A stretch of 61,672 nt of DNA, filler included, from Dugesia japonica (lineage: Eukaryota), in assembly GCA_001938525.1 (NCBI GenBank). It is 6 parts of 6 records of this genome, joined end to end, with 100 filler letters (N's around TTAATTAATTAA, not from the genome) between each part and the next. Parts side by side here need not be neighbours in the genome. Positions count along the whole stretch, not along the records: positions 8,983 to 22,437 come from MQRL01527767.1; positions 22,538 to 34,963 come from MQRL01389388.1; 4 more parts are not named here. One strand, 5' to 3'. A program made the translations under genes and the position numbers. How positions within the stretch are numbered: position 1 is the stretch's first letter; the number at the start of each line of letters is the position of its first letter. Of this stretch, positions 12,876 through 25,878 are shown piece by piece. The notes below the pieces were generated by a model, which was not told where the DNA came from, did not search any database, and saw only the letters and a list, made by a program, of their open reading frames with translations.

Positions 12876-13152
12876 TCATTCGTCCAAGTCTATGATTTTC
12901 TTGTTTTTCTCATTTATGGTCTCCTTTTCGATCTTGGATATCTGAGTCAGAGTTTGCACCGTTGATATTAACACTCCTTCTTGATCTGCATAGGCTTTAT
13001 TGATGTCTGCCATCATGCGACATTCTCTCTAAGGAGTACATTCTTTCTTTGTAATTCGGTGATCTCATTCTGCAGCTTTTTGTGTATGGAGCTCCACTTT
13101 TTCTTGATATCCTCTACAGAGGTATCCACAGTTTTCTTTCTGGCATTAGACA
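12876..13152 (-). pseudogene. Coiled-coil cassette ORF, block A (start by A|TG splicing; one frameshift)
   Basis: Acceptor ttacag|TG TCT AAT gives (M)SNARKKTVDTSVEDIKKKWSSIHKKLQNEITELQRKNVLLRE-fs-RMMADINKAYADQEGVL...IIDLDE*. AATAAA follows at 12861-12866. Confidence 0.6.
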
Positions 13153-13457
13153 CTGTAATTAATTAGAGATATTATATTATTTTATGATCATGTTTTTAAT
13201 GTTAACACAATTTATAATCTGCTTCATACTAAGTTTATAATAAGAGATCTGCAAGTTTGTAAATGTCAGGCATCAGATACGGAATTTGTGTTATTTGATT
13301 AACGAGTTGATCTTTCATAATAATTTTGAACNNNNNNNNNNNNNNNNNATAAAAATATACATTGATAATACTCATTAATGTTGTCCATTTTTATTTACGA
13401 ATGAGAATAAAGAAAGGCTAAAGAATAAAATTATATTGAGATTTAATAAACAATCAC

Positions 13458-14093
13458 ACAGCTGTCTCTTTAATATCACCCGTCTCATCCAATGGCGTCA
13501 GCAATTTCTGTAAAATCGTCTCCACCTTGACGGACAATCTCTTGGATAGCTTTGCATACTCTTCGGGTTCCACTTGAATTGATCGCATCATTTGGATAAC
13601 AATTCTTTAGTGCCATTCATTTCTTCAGCTTGGATATTTGTAAATCTTTTTGTTGGAGACGACCTTGCACTATCCACCACGGATCTGAATCTGTTCCTTC
13701 GGATCCGAGTGAGTACCATAAAACTGGCATGCTGTTCGGTAGCCGGTAGTGAATGACCAGCCTGTCCTGGACAATGATTTCGCTGCTTCTGCTTGTATAA
13801 TTCATCGAGTCATCTAGATGAATATGACTAATGCCTCATGATTACAAAAGTAATTATGTCGAAAATCTTAAAGAAATAATACTCGAGGGATACTCTCTCA
13901 TCATAAACAAGGCATATATCATTCGTCAATATGGATGGAGTGGGATCTTCTTTTTTTATCATATTGTTTATTGCCATTTCGAACGTCATAATTCCGAGTA
14001 TTACTTCATATTGATGAACCATTCTTCATGTATATCATACTGCTTAAAGAACCATCTTCTTTTAGATGACGAATAGTCCTCCGGTTTTGAGTA
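13458..14093 (-). pseudogene. Decayed cassette ORF of unknown function, block A
   Basis: GC-richer coding-like tract behind acceptor gttacag| at 14094-14096. It includes ORF pieces 13828-14022 and 13617-13805 and ends ...LDETGDIKETAV*. Confidence 0.45.
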
Positions 14094-14838
14094 CTGTAAC
14101 ACTAAATTAATGAAATTATGTTTAGCAATTTATCTTTATTGAATCATTTTCAATAAATATAAAATTATGTTTATAATCAATTATCTATTAACCAATTAAT
14201 AATAGACATTCTATAACAATGTTATCATCAACAATAATATAATAATCAAAAATAAAATGAATAGATAGTCAAAATTCAAATTAATATTTTTATAACAAAT
14301 CACAATCATTTCATAAACATATTATTACAGTAGTGAGCAATACACGTAAGGATTCAACCACTATATCCCCGCAATTCTCAATCACCCTATCAACGATAAA
14401 ATAACAATTCATCTTTCCTTCTCACAAATTTTCATAATCATCGTAACAACTATGACATCTCGTCTGAATATCTTTAGTAATTTACATTAGTATACATCTA
14501 TCAACATTTCTTTCCGTATCAGTAAACATCTATCAACATCTCTTTCAGTTACCATCTAACAGTATCTCTTTCAATATCAGTCACATCCCTTTCGCGATTA
14601 TCACTTAACATCGTAATCATTAATTTCCGTATCATAATCGTAATCATTAAGATCATTTAATACCTCGTAATCATTATTCAATATCTCGTAATCATGGTGG
14701 ATGAGCTCGTGAAATCAAATCTCTGATCTGCAATGATCATCACTGCCAGCAGATCTAATTAATGAGGATCATCACCCCAGTTATCCATGTTTTATAACTG
14801 TAATATTAATTTAAAAATGTAAATCAACAAAATTTTAC

Positions 14839-14968
14839 TTTTCCTTTCTGAGCTGTTTTTCGTAAGTTTATAAGTGACAATAGCTACTTCTACTTTTAAC
14901 AATAAGTAAAGAAAAACAAAAATTTTAAAATTTTGAAGTTAAAATTGAGATTTTCATTGGCTTTTATA
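14839..14968 (-). promoter_or_regulatory. TATA box and leader exon ending in A at a GT donor
   Basis: TATAAAA at 14962-14968; no ATG downstream of the Inr-like TCAATTT at 14942-14948; donor GGAAAA|GTAAAA at 14839/14838; nearest acceptor ttacag| at 14798 gives a 41-nt intron. Confidence 0.6.
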
Positions 14969-17049
14969 CCCAACTGTTTCGTCAAATTTTGATAGATACA
15001 ATGGGAGGCCACTTCAAATTTTTAGAACTCACTGAATCGTGCGGAGCTCACTTCCAGATTCGTTAATGATGACTATATTTGGTCATTTATATTTATTCGT
15101 TTTCTTTTCTTTTCTTCTTTTTCACTCTTTGCACACAATTTTTACTTCACATATGATGTACCGGTGCTCACTCGGCATCATAGATTTTTTTTTAATTTTA
15201 GATTTTAAATGTAAAGTGCGGTGCTCACCCGAAACAGATTTCTAGAGAAAACTTCTTGTTGTAACTTGCACGGTTTCAAAGAAATTGGTGTTCATTGAAC
15301 CGGCACGAATCGCTGAAAAAATAATAATATTTATCGTGAAATAATAATATTTTTGAAAATTTGTTTTCAATGTATAAATACGGATAATTACACGAATAAT
15401 TATAAATAATTTCCTAATTTAACTTTTTTATTATCTTTCTTCTTATGTAACTACGATCTCTAAATTCGAATTCTTTCTTTATAAATAATATTTATACTAT
15501 AATAATAAAATTAATAATATTTATCACAAAATAATAATAATATTACATTCTAATTATTTTAATACGTTATTATAATAATATGATTTTCCTAACTACATTA
15601 TATTACTTTTGTTAACTTTTTTAAATTATAATAACAATAATAATTTATTTCATATTTCTTTTCTAGTAATTCTTCTGAATTTTATTGAAATCTTTTAATA
15701 TAATGTTTTTGTTTTAATTCTACTTTATTATTTTATAATATTTTAATCATTAATTCATTATATTTCTACTTCTATATCATTCATATAAATTATAAATAAT
15801 GATATATGTTCTTGTTCCACTTATTTGATTACTTTCCATTTATTATTTCAATTATTTAATTGAGCTTTTAAAATTTTTTATTGTTATTTCTTTGAGCATT
15901 ATTATTTATTCGTTTTCCTCGTTTATTATTTATTTTAGTGATCAATTCTCCTTGAATTTATTTAATTCTGTTTATAATAATTAATTCTGTATTTTCTTGA
16001 TATTAAACTTTGCTTTGGTGCTTGAGCCTCTTTTATTATCCATAATTCGGATGATTTTATTGGATTCCTTGTCTTTAATTTTTTTTGTCTATGACCATTT
16101 TGTTTTATTCGGATTTATTACTTCTTTTTAAAATATGTTAATCATTTTTCATTTTCTAATTTCAGTTTCGACATGTTGATTTATTTAATAACATTTATTT
16201 CATTATTCACTGATTAATTCATCAATAATGTTTATATTTATTCTGCATCATTTCTTTTTGATTTCGATTTAACATCATTTCTAATGCATTTTTGAGTTCT
16301 TTATCTCTAATTCTTTTCTCAGTTTACTCAAAATTGTCTCTTTCCGTTAACTGGGCTGTTTCAACTCAACAAAATGAATAAAACATTAATTATATATGTA
16401 GAAAATATATTTTAAAAATTAATAAAAAACAAAAAAAAAATTTTCAAAAAAAAATTTAAAATATTTTATAATTTTTTTATCTAAACTCTTATTGTGCTGC
16501 GCTGTTTTTTTTATGTTTTTTCTATATTTCTCTGTGTTTCGATATTTTTTTCAAAAGTTCCCATGTATTTTCAATAGGTTTTTTTAGATTTCGTTGAAAC
16601 AATGTATAGTTACCTTTTTTATGCTGATTCTAATGGTGCTAGTATATTTTTGTAAAAATTATATATATAAATATATAATCATTATATTATCATTATATTG
16701 GTTCGGTGTGTCAAACCCTATATCTCGAGAACAATAATATAATATAATATGATGTAATAAAAAAGTCCTAACTAAAAACACAAGGATTTAGTTGATCCTC
16801 TTACGTAAGGAAGGGAGGGGGAGGTGTTGCATGGCCCTACTATCCCTCTACAATAATAATAAGTTGATAGATACTGGCGCATCGGAATAAAGACATTTTC
16901 TCGCCCTACCCCCGTTGCCAAATGCTTTGCTAAAATAGATTGCGATTTATTTAATACTATAATTTCTTNNNNNNNNNNNNNNNNNNNNNNNNNNNNNTTG
17001 TCCCTGAAAATATTTAATAGATAATCCGATTGTGCACAGCATAGCGCTA

Positions 17050-19408
17050 AATGTTTATTTTACGATTCTTTCGCTTCTGCAACCATTAGATTATAACCTA
17101 TTAATCTGAGGGGGTAACATTATTGGGATAGGTTTTAGTCTTTCGTTTTCCGTATCCAATTCTTCGTAGTTGCTTTTCAGTTTCTCGTATTCATCTTTCA
17201 ATTCTTTTTCTTTGAAAACTGATTGTTATTTTTAAGTTTCTCATTTTCGTTTATCAGATGCTTATTATTATTTTCCAAATTCTGAATTGCTATCTGACTT
17301 TCTTCGTACGATTCTTCCCATTGTTTACCCTCGATCTCATAGCTTCCTTTATCTCGAATTTCTCGTTGCATTCTTTCGAAATGTACTCGTTGGGCCTGGC
17401 TTCTGGCTTAATTGTTACTTTCGATTGTTGCTTCCAACATCTTGACTTTCTTTTGATTCCACTTTATCTCTGTCCTTTGCTCATCCAATAAGTGTTTAAT
17501 CTTTTAAGTTCTCGCCTCAATAGCGGTTTCGATTCCTTTAATTCACTTTCTTTTTTTAAACATTGACTATTACAATACTGCGCTCTTTCTTTAAATTCGA
17601 TAACCGTATTTTTATGAATTTCTTCTGTTTGCTGTTGGGTTGACTGGGTTTCGACAAATTGATTCTTTAGTCTTATGATTTGATTTTCGTAATATAGTCT
17701 AGATGCCATTCTGAAATATGTAAATGTCAATTTTAGCAAAATAAGGGTTTAATCGATTCATTAGATAATATTTCTGAGCTGGGCTATCATTATCTCTGTT
17801 TGGATATTCAAGCTAGTTTATATGGGTATTTACATTTTTACTTGGATTAACATTTTATATGTAATAATTTAAATATAAGCGATTGTCTCTTCGATTTCAC
17901 TTTACTTTGCATCTCTCATTTACTCGGATTCTTTTTCCATACCACATTCATGTCATACTAGTCAATTTTTTATAATAATTGTGATCCGTTTACATCATTT
18001 GCTCTACATTACACTCTACTATTACATTTTGAGTTTAAGCTATTTACACAATTTTCTCTTTTTTTGTTACCACACATATATGCCGGCCCTTCTCTCAGAG
18101 GTGAATGTAAATATTTGTTCGTTAATTCTAACAACTCATTCCGAATTTTCGGCCTCGCGTATTTTCCTTCCCTTGCTTTAATACGCACAATTATCGTTAT
18201 TATTAGTACCATTGTAGCCTCTATTCCACCGACTCCTTCAATGAGCTTTTTTGAGCATTCTTCGTCCATTTCTGATATTGTCGTTACCGTTGTTATATCT
18301 TCTAATTGCTTTAACTCATCTTGTTTGGTTTTTGACTCGTTGACCCTTCCCATCTTTTCCATCAATTTTTCGAAAATATTATTTTCTTCTAGATTCAGCA
18401 CTCTTGACTGAACNNNNNNNNNNNNNNNNNNNNNNNNNNNNNNNNNNNNNNNNNNNNNNNNNNTATTTCTTTTTTGTTGGTCATACTGATTTCTGTGATG
18501 TTTTTTGCACAACTCATTTTCTTTGTTTTTGATTTTGTCGTCTCTCGACGTTGTATCACTTTTGATTTGCTTGTTGTCTTTGTTGTCGTTTTCGGTGTAC
18601 TTGTTGTTTACTTTGTTGTAATTCTTGATTTTGTAACTCGTTTCGTTGTTTTATCTGGTGGTAGCTCCCACACTAGCATATATTCCACTTCGAACTATAT
18701 TCCATACCTCAAATGTATTTCGCGTTTTAATTCTTGTTGATTGTGGTCCCATTTATATTCTAGTAATAAGTCCTCGTTTGTCTAATCTTTAAGTGATAAG
18801 TAATGTCCGATTTGCATGTTTTGTTTTCCTTCTCGCTACACTGATAAGTTTACTAACTTTCCGGCCCCATTCATCGGAATTCTGTGCATACTTCGCTTAT
18901 TGTAAGGTATCTCACTTCGTTTTGCTTCAAACCTGCGCCTTTTTTTGATCCAGAGCACTTCACTTACTCTTTCAGATGTAAATCTTCATAGGTGTGATAT
19001 ATACAATGCTATATTTCTTAGCACAATATCTCTATTTACAAAATGTGAAAATAATTTCTACAGTATATACTAAAGATTCTTCGGACCTCAAACATTCCTG
19101 AATCTTTGTAGTAACTTGACATCCAAGTTTCCTCTTGGTATTGATCGCCATATATTCCTTCGTATTTATCACCATATATTCCTTCGTATTGTACTAATCG
19201 CATTTCCTGTGGCTTTTCTCCTGTTACCACTTTTCAATTACCAAGATTCTCTGAATAGTTTTAAAGTTATTGAGTGTCGCATTACTTGTATGCCAGGTTG
19301 TACCCATGTAAAAATAGCTCCATACTCTGTTTCCGTGTAATGACCTCCTTTTTTCATAGCGCGTCTCAATCCTTTTCTTGTTATTATCTGTATTCTTACC
19401 TCGAATCT

Positions 19409-19448
<40 letters not shown>

Positions 19449-20300
19449 GATGTTCTGTATGTACATCTTCATAATCGTAGCATTCTTGCCCATCTAATGC
19501 TCTTATCATTATCACGATTATTATCATATATATTCACATATTTCCTGAACTTAACATTTGACTCGCTTCTCTGTGCGTTTCCATTTCGATTTCTCTTCGT
19601 CTATCAGCTTTTTCTCCTTTTAAGGCGACCGTTATCAAAATTAGTGAAACGTTTATTGATATTATTATTGCCGTTTGCCAGTATTATTGTCCAGTACCTC
19701 TTATTTTCATACTTGCTTTGATTTATTATTATTGTCGGACTCGTTGTCCGCGTACTTTCGCCTCGTATAACCTCCATCATCATTAAAGCCAAAAAATATG
19801 TATAACCATGTATCAATAGTTTTGACCGATTTCTTTCGCTATGCTTGTTGCTGTTATGGTCTCGTTTATTTCATATAATTTCGTTGTCTGATTTTCGATC
19901 TTTGTGGGCCATACCATTACCATTATTGTTATTATACACAGTGAATATTATTATTGGTATCGGAGCGATACATGTGTACGCAGATTTCTCCCATCACCTC
20001 CCGAGTGACGGTTTTTTAATAGTTTCACTGCTTCGTTTTTCTTTTCGTAGATTTGGTTCGCTGTGTTTGGTTTCATTTTCTCGTAAATTCTACCATCGTC
20101 TTTTATCACTGGTATTTCTGGTAGCAGAACATTTTGTCTAATTTCATCATCTGCTCCTTTTTCCTCAAGCTTTTCGCGTTCTTTTTTGATTTCTTGTTGT
20201 TTCAAAATTCAATATTTTTCTGTATGTCGTAATTTTTGGTAGATTCTCCACCACTGTCGCGACACACCTTCAGGATGGTAAAAATGGCAAAAAAAACCAT
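17050..20300 (-). pseudogene. Long decayed minus-strand coding tract, family unrecognised
   Basis: Chain of K/E-rich minus-strand ORF pieces (19951-20205, 19036-19230, 18009-18512, 17464-17739) broken by stops and a (TA)n run. No diagnostic motif found. Confidence 0.35.
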
Positions 20301-20639
20301 TTCAACAAAACTTTCTGCAAATAATTTAAAAACAAGAAAAATTTCAAATAAAAAATAATTCTTTGTTTTATTTTTGATATTGTGCAAAAATGAAACAAAT
20401 TTCGATAGTTGTTCTTTAGGTAATGTATAGATACTTTTTTATTGTTTATATTATAATACAAGCTTTTACATAAAACAAATTTAAAATAGCTGCTGTAAAC
20501 TGTTTTTATTGTTTAACTAAAAACTGACTAGCACTATTGAAATTTAAACAAGCTAATATGTCCGCCATCAAATTCCACGTCCAACGGTATCTAGTTAGAT
20601 ACCATAGCACTTTCCGATAACGCATCAAGGTTCAGATGG

Positions 20640-20925
20640 CTCAGTGCGTCACTATCTTGACTAAAGGTTGTTGTAAATGGATTTTGATAACGAATTTTAT
20701 TGTACACAATTGGTTTCGATAATTTTGATAAAATTGCGACACCAACATTGACAAATAATAAAATGCTAGTGTATCAAAGACAAACATTAGAGTAGCACCC
20801 AATGTTATCCACCTAGATTTGATGTATGAGTATTGAAAATTAGGGTTTATTTACTGGAATATCATTTGGAAGTTTATTTAGAACATAAACACCTAGCCGT
20901 GCTAATCCAAGACACTTTGATGCAA
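20640..20925 (-). pseudogene. Polinton adenain-type cysteine protease remnant
   Basis: LGVYVLNKLP...FNTHTSNLGG*HWVLL...RYQNPFTTTFSQ, the decayed NT..S..PG.HW and Q......CG motifs. It lies directly downstream of a major capsid gene. Confidence 0.7.
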
Positions 20926-20989
20926 TCCAATAAATCTGAATAGAACTAATTAATTAAATAATAAATAATATAATAATTCTTAATTTATT

Positions 20990-22437
20990 ACAATTTTTTC
21001 AAGAATACACAACATTGTGTACACTAATAGTGTACTGTTGGCTTTTTTCTGAATTTTTTTTTCAAATACTCCATAAATTATAACATATGCCGATAATGTT
21101 AAAGCTTTGGCAAACTTGATATACAATCTCAAATTTCCTTGTTGAGGTAATTGACTGTGATTTATATCAAAATCTGGAGAAAGAATAAATGTAAAGAAGG
21201 GATAATTGTCCTTAAAATCTTGAAGTGTTATTCCGCAATTCATATACTTATCCAAATATCGCATTTTTTTACTATAGATTGCATATATGTTGAAGTATAG
21301 TTATCGTTTAAAAAAATCTTGAGTATATATTTCTCGATAATCAATGTTTTTCGTCAAGGAAACATAAACAGTATCTAAATTTTGAAATGTTGGACTCGAG
21401 CTTGTATAACTACTATTATATTGTTCTCCACTTTGAAATGTAACTAGAATAAATTAGGTGATCGACGATCACCAAAGATTTGTTCCTTATAAAACAATGA
21501 ACTATATTTACTAATTGCAAATGCAATGACTTCCTTGGTACTTATCGGATAAATAGCATTTTGCTTTTTAGTCCCAAGTGATGAGCAGCTAATACTGAGG
21601 GCTCAATTTGTACATGTCTAACTAATAATATTGTATCTAGTAAAACATATTTAGGTTCATTGGCTGCAGATTCCAAACAAATCTTCGAAGATGCTCTTTT
21701 CAATCGAATATGAACACTGACACCTGGAATAAGGTATTTCGATAATTCATGAAATTAAATAGCAATGAACCGCATAGAGACAATTGTTTTGATGTTTCAA
21801 TAGACTTTTATTTATCTGCATTTGTTCCATATCCCATTTATGTAAGACATATATTTTTACTATCACCATTATAATTTATTATAGTTTCAATTAATGCTTT
21901 GTGAAGATAAGATACATTTCCACTTATTAAACTTAATTATTAAACGAAAGAATTACATCCTTGAAAGGTGTATGCAACATATAATTACTAGGAATGATAT
22001 CATGAGTGTCTAGGCTTGCCAACTCTCCCGTTTTTTCCGGGATTCTCTCGGAACTAGATTTCATCTCCCATCTCGGCACTATCTTTGACTCGGGAGATAT
22101 AATTCTCTCGTCTTATGTTTTTGCAAAATTTATTTGTTCATATCCTTTTGGTATTAGTCATCATAACATTAAAATCACACACATCATCATCATGTATAAG
22201 TTGTGACAGTGTCAACAAAAAATGAAAACCAGTTTTTATATTTTTTAAGCGTTATAAATTATAATGCTTGCAATTTTATAATCTCCCGGGTTCGAGGTTG
22301 TAGGTAGTTCCATCCTTATCAACTACCTTCACTTTAATATGCAATGAAGTATCATTCAAATTCAAATATTCTGTTCGAGATCCATTTATAAAATACTCTA
22401 CATCGCTTTGCAATTCAGAAATTGAATTCATAGGAAA
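20990..22437 (-). pseudogene. Polinton/Maverick major capsid protein, copy 2 (decayed)
   Basis: N-terminal part FPMNSISELQSDVEYFINGSRTEYLNLNDT...SNYMLHTPFKDVILSFN aligns with the 35.4-35.8 kb copy. C-terminus GNLRLYIKFAKALTLSAYVIIYGVFE is typical of Polinton MCP. Confidence 0.85.
22010..22289. mobile_element. Small hAT-like insertion interrupting MCP copy 2
   Basis: Starts TAGGCTTGCCAACTCTCCCG. MCP homology stops and resumes on either side. Confidence 0.55.
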
Positions 22438-22537
22438 NNNNNNNNNNNNNNNNNNNNNNNNNNNNNNNNNNNNNNNNNNNNTTAATTAATTAANNNNNNN
22501 NNNNNNNNNNNNNNNNNNNNNNNNNNNNNNNNNNNNN
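22438..22537. other. Artificial scaffold linker
   Basis: N44-TTAATTAATTAA-N44. Confidence 0.97.
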
Positions 22538-22741
22538 AACATCGTTTTGATCTTTGCAATTGAAAATAAATTTTACTTATTAAATTTATTTTTCAAAATA
22601 TTTGTTTAATTGTGTTGAAAATTTCGCAACAAGTAGCATAATAATAAAAAGTTGTTAAGGCAGATTTAGTAAATTTAAGTTTAGTTGAAAGAGATTTAAC
22701 AAAATGAATTCAAAACTTCAAAGGACATTGTATACTATACA

Positions 22742-24052
22742 TACTACCATGATCAAATAAATATCCGGTCAACTCAATTTAAAATGAAACAAACTATTTA
22801 TTCAACACAATTTTAATTGTCACCTTCGAAGTAGTCTCCATTAACCAAAATGCACCTATGCGAGCTTGTAATCCAATTTTCAAATGCATTCTGGAACTCC
22901 TTCTTTGGTATACCCAACAACGCGTCCTTCATTTTTTGTTTGATCGCTTCAGTGGTATCAAAAAATTTTCCTCGAAGTGGGTTTTCAGCCTAATCAATTG
23001 GAAGAAGTCGCAAACAGCCATACCTGGTAAATTTGTTGCATTTTGGATGGTATTTGTATTGAATTTTTGCAAAAAATCTCGAATAACTATTGCATTGTGA
23101 GCTGATGCATTGTCATGGTGAAAAATCTAGGAATTGTTTCTCTACAAATCTTTTCTTTTCAAACAAACAGCTTCAACCAATTGTCTCATAACACCTAGAT
23201 TATACTCCTTGTTGACTTTTTGACCTTTCGGAATAAATTCATGGTGTACAACTCCATTGTAATAGATGAAAACGGTCAGCATGACCTTACTTTTTGATTG
23301 AAAACGACGTAGTTTTTTCGGTTTTTGCTCTTCCGGAGACTGCCTTTGACTTAATTGATGTTTGTTTTGAGTTTCAAACTCAAACATCCATGTTTCATAA
23401 CCAGAAATTTTACGTTTTATAAATGTTTCATCAGAATCAACGTTAGAGAGCCTGTTCTTTGAAATTTAAATAAGACTAAATTTTTGAAAAATGTTCAATT
23501 CTCATGGAACAAGTCTTGCAGCAACACGTTTCAATCCCAAATCCTGATGCAAAATTGTTTGAACTGTTCAAAATGATATTTCTGTATCTTCAACAATCTA
23601 TCTGATAGTCAATTTCTTATTTTCTATTAATAATTACTTTATTTCTTTGATATTTTCTTCGTTCTTCGAGGTTGATGGTCTTCCAGATCTAGGATCATCT
23701 GTGAAAATCGTCATCTAAAAATCGCGCATACCATTAATTAGTTGTTGATTTTGATAAAGCATTGTTGCCACAGAACTTCTGTAGCATTTTCAAGGTATCG
23801 AGACGTTTAATTTCGTTTTTGACGCAGAATTTAATTCAAATTCTTTGTTCAATTGTATCATCAATCTTACATATAGAAGATAACATTAAAATTAATTTAA
23901 ATAAATTACTGTAGCTTTTTCAAATTACGGTCTGTTCAGCTGAAATTTGGTGATGTAGTAAAACAAATATGTAGCAACTATTAAAAATACGAATTACATC
24001 TATAGCATTTGTGTGTGAATTTTAAATTGGGTTGACAGTGTATTTGGTAGTA
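22742..24052 (-). mobile_element. Near full-length mariner element (decayed)
   Basis: TIRs TACTACCA...TCAACTCAATTTAAAAT and ATTTTAAATTGGGTTGAC...TGGTAGTA. Transposase pieces EQRI*IKFCVKN, DPRSGRPST, SKSKVMLTVF..GVVHHEFIPKGQKVNKEY and FHHDNASAH. Confidence 0.92.
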
Positions 24053-25119
24053 TTTTGAATTTTTAAAGTTAAAAATGCAACTTAATTAATTTAATTATAA
24101 TTATAACATTTTCTTTTAGTGCGAGGTTTCAGGATTTCTGGATATATAAATACATTACATTTTATATCCAATGTGAAAATTTTATTAAACTCAATAAATT
24201 GTGTTTTTTGACGCAGCCTAGAAGAGTCATTAAAGAAAAAAGTTGAAGATGTGACAACGCTACAGTACAAATTTAATAAGATTGAGTGTGTAAATGTTCA
24301 GAGGACTCACGATTTGCTGTCAATAAACTTGTTAATTATTTTAAAAACTTGCAAAGTCAATTTTAGAATAAAATTACAAAGAAAAACAATTCAAAAAATG
24401 TTTTAAAAAATAACTAAAATTAGCAATTATAGAAACTTTAAAAAACAAATTATAAAAAAAAATTTACAAAAAATGAAATACTAAATAATTTAATCATTTG
24501 TTTTCCTTATCCATAACCTTAAAATGAGTTGTGTAGACTCTATTGTATTCATTTTTTAATTATAAACATTGCAAAAGAAGTCTTATTTAATAAACTTTCA
24601 TTATCAAGCGTACATAAAAGTCGTACTTATAATATTTTATATGTTAAATAAACACAATCAAAATCGCAATTTATTGAAAAATAACTACTTTGGAGTCAAC
24701 TTATAAACAAGAGTTTGTGGGGGGAAATGATACATAAACACTATTAATGAATCTCAAATACATTGTAGTGCAATGCACAGAGGTTTAAAATTAAACTTAA
24801 AGTGCAAAGATTATCTGGTAAATTATTTTAAATATTTAATAGACTTGTATTTAATAGAAAGTTAATATTATAAAATGAGAGGTAAAATTAACTAATGAGT
24901 AATTAATTTATTTAATGGAAACTAAATTTTAAAAATGAGATGTTGATTTAATATTTGAATTAGTAACTTAATAAAATGAGCTAAAAAAATAAATTTGAAA
25001 TGTCATTTAAATCTTTTGAGATGTATTTATTTCTTTATTTTAACAGTATATAAACTGCCGTTGTTCTTTTAAATTTAGCGTTATTGAAAGTTTCTAAAAA
25101 AAAGAATCAATATAAAAAT

Positions 25120-25846
25120 GACAAGATTTGATTTCCACATCTTTTGATGTCAGATCAAAAGCTGCAGCGTTTACAAACTTTGCACGACTTTGTTGAATAG
25201 GCCGACCACAATCCTTCCTTTACAAGCAACATGGTTATAGGCACTGAATCGTGGCGCTTTTATTCTGATCCATCAACAAAACTTCTACCAGCCGAATGGC
25301 AAATGAAGAATCAGAGAAACTTGTTAAAATTAAAGCGACATAGTAAAAATATGAAGATAATGCTTATCGCCTTTTTTAATTCACGGGGTATTATTTATCG
25401 TAAATTTGTTCCGCTAGGTCAAATAGTGACAAGAGCATTTTATCAATTGGTCCTACCACGACTTTTTTGAATAGAATTCGAAGAATTAAACCGGATTATA
25501 CAGATTCATGCGGTTGATTTCTTTTGCTCTATAACACACCTTTACATGGATTACTTACTGTTCCACGATATTTGGCGAAGAAAATGTTTTTCGTTATCAA
25601 ACATCCACCCGATCTAACTCTGATATACTACTGTCTCTTTCCCAAGCTTAAAACAGCCCTTAATGGAAGGCCTTTGATAAATTTCAGACGATTCAGGAAA
25701 ATGTGACAAGATTCTTGAAATAAATTTTAAAAAGTATCTTGACGCTTTTCAGCGGTTGTATGAACGTTAAAAAATAAAATTTGTTTTGTGTCATGACTTT
25801 TGGTTTCTATAAGATCAGTCCCGGAACTTTTTGAATACACTATATA
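25120..25846 (+). mobile_element. mariner transposase 3' fragment
   Basis: VIGTESWRFYSDP, KIMLIAFFNSRGIIYRKFVPLGQIV and HPPDL...LFPKLK. TIR-like end GTCCCGGAACTTTTTGAATACAC followed by TATA. Confidence 0.85.
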
Positions 25847-25878
25847 TATATAAAGTTTTTGACTGAAATCTAATAACT

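Noticed and set aside
17258-20141. Hydrophobic plus-strand ORFs (17258-17491, 18064-18411, 18474-18740, 19497-19721, 19845-20141)
   Set aside because: Antisense shadows of A-rich minus-strand coding remnants.
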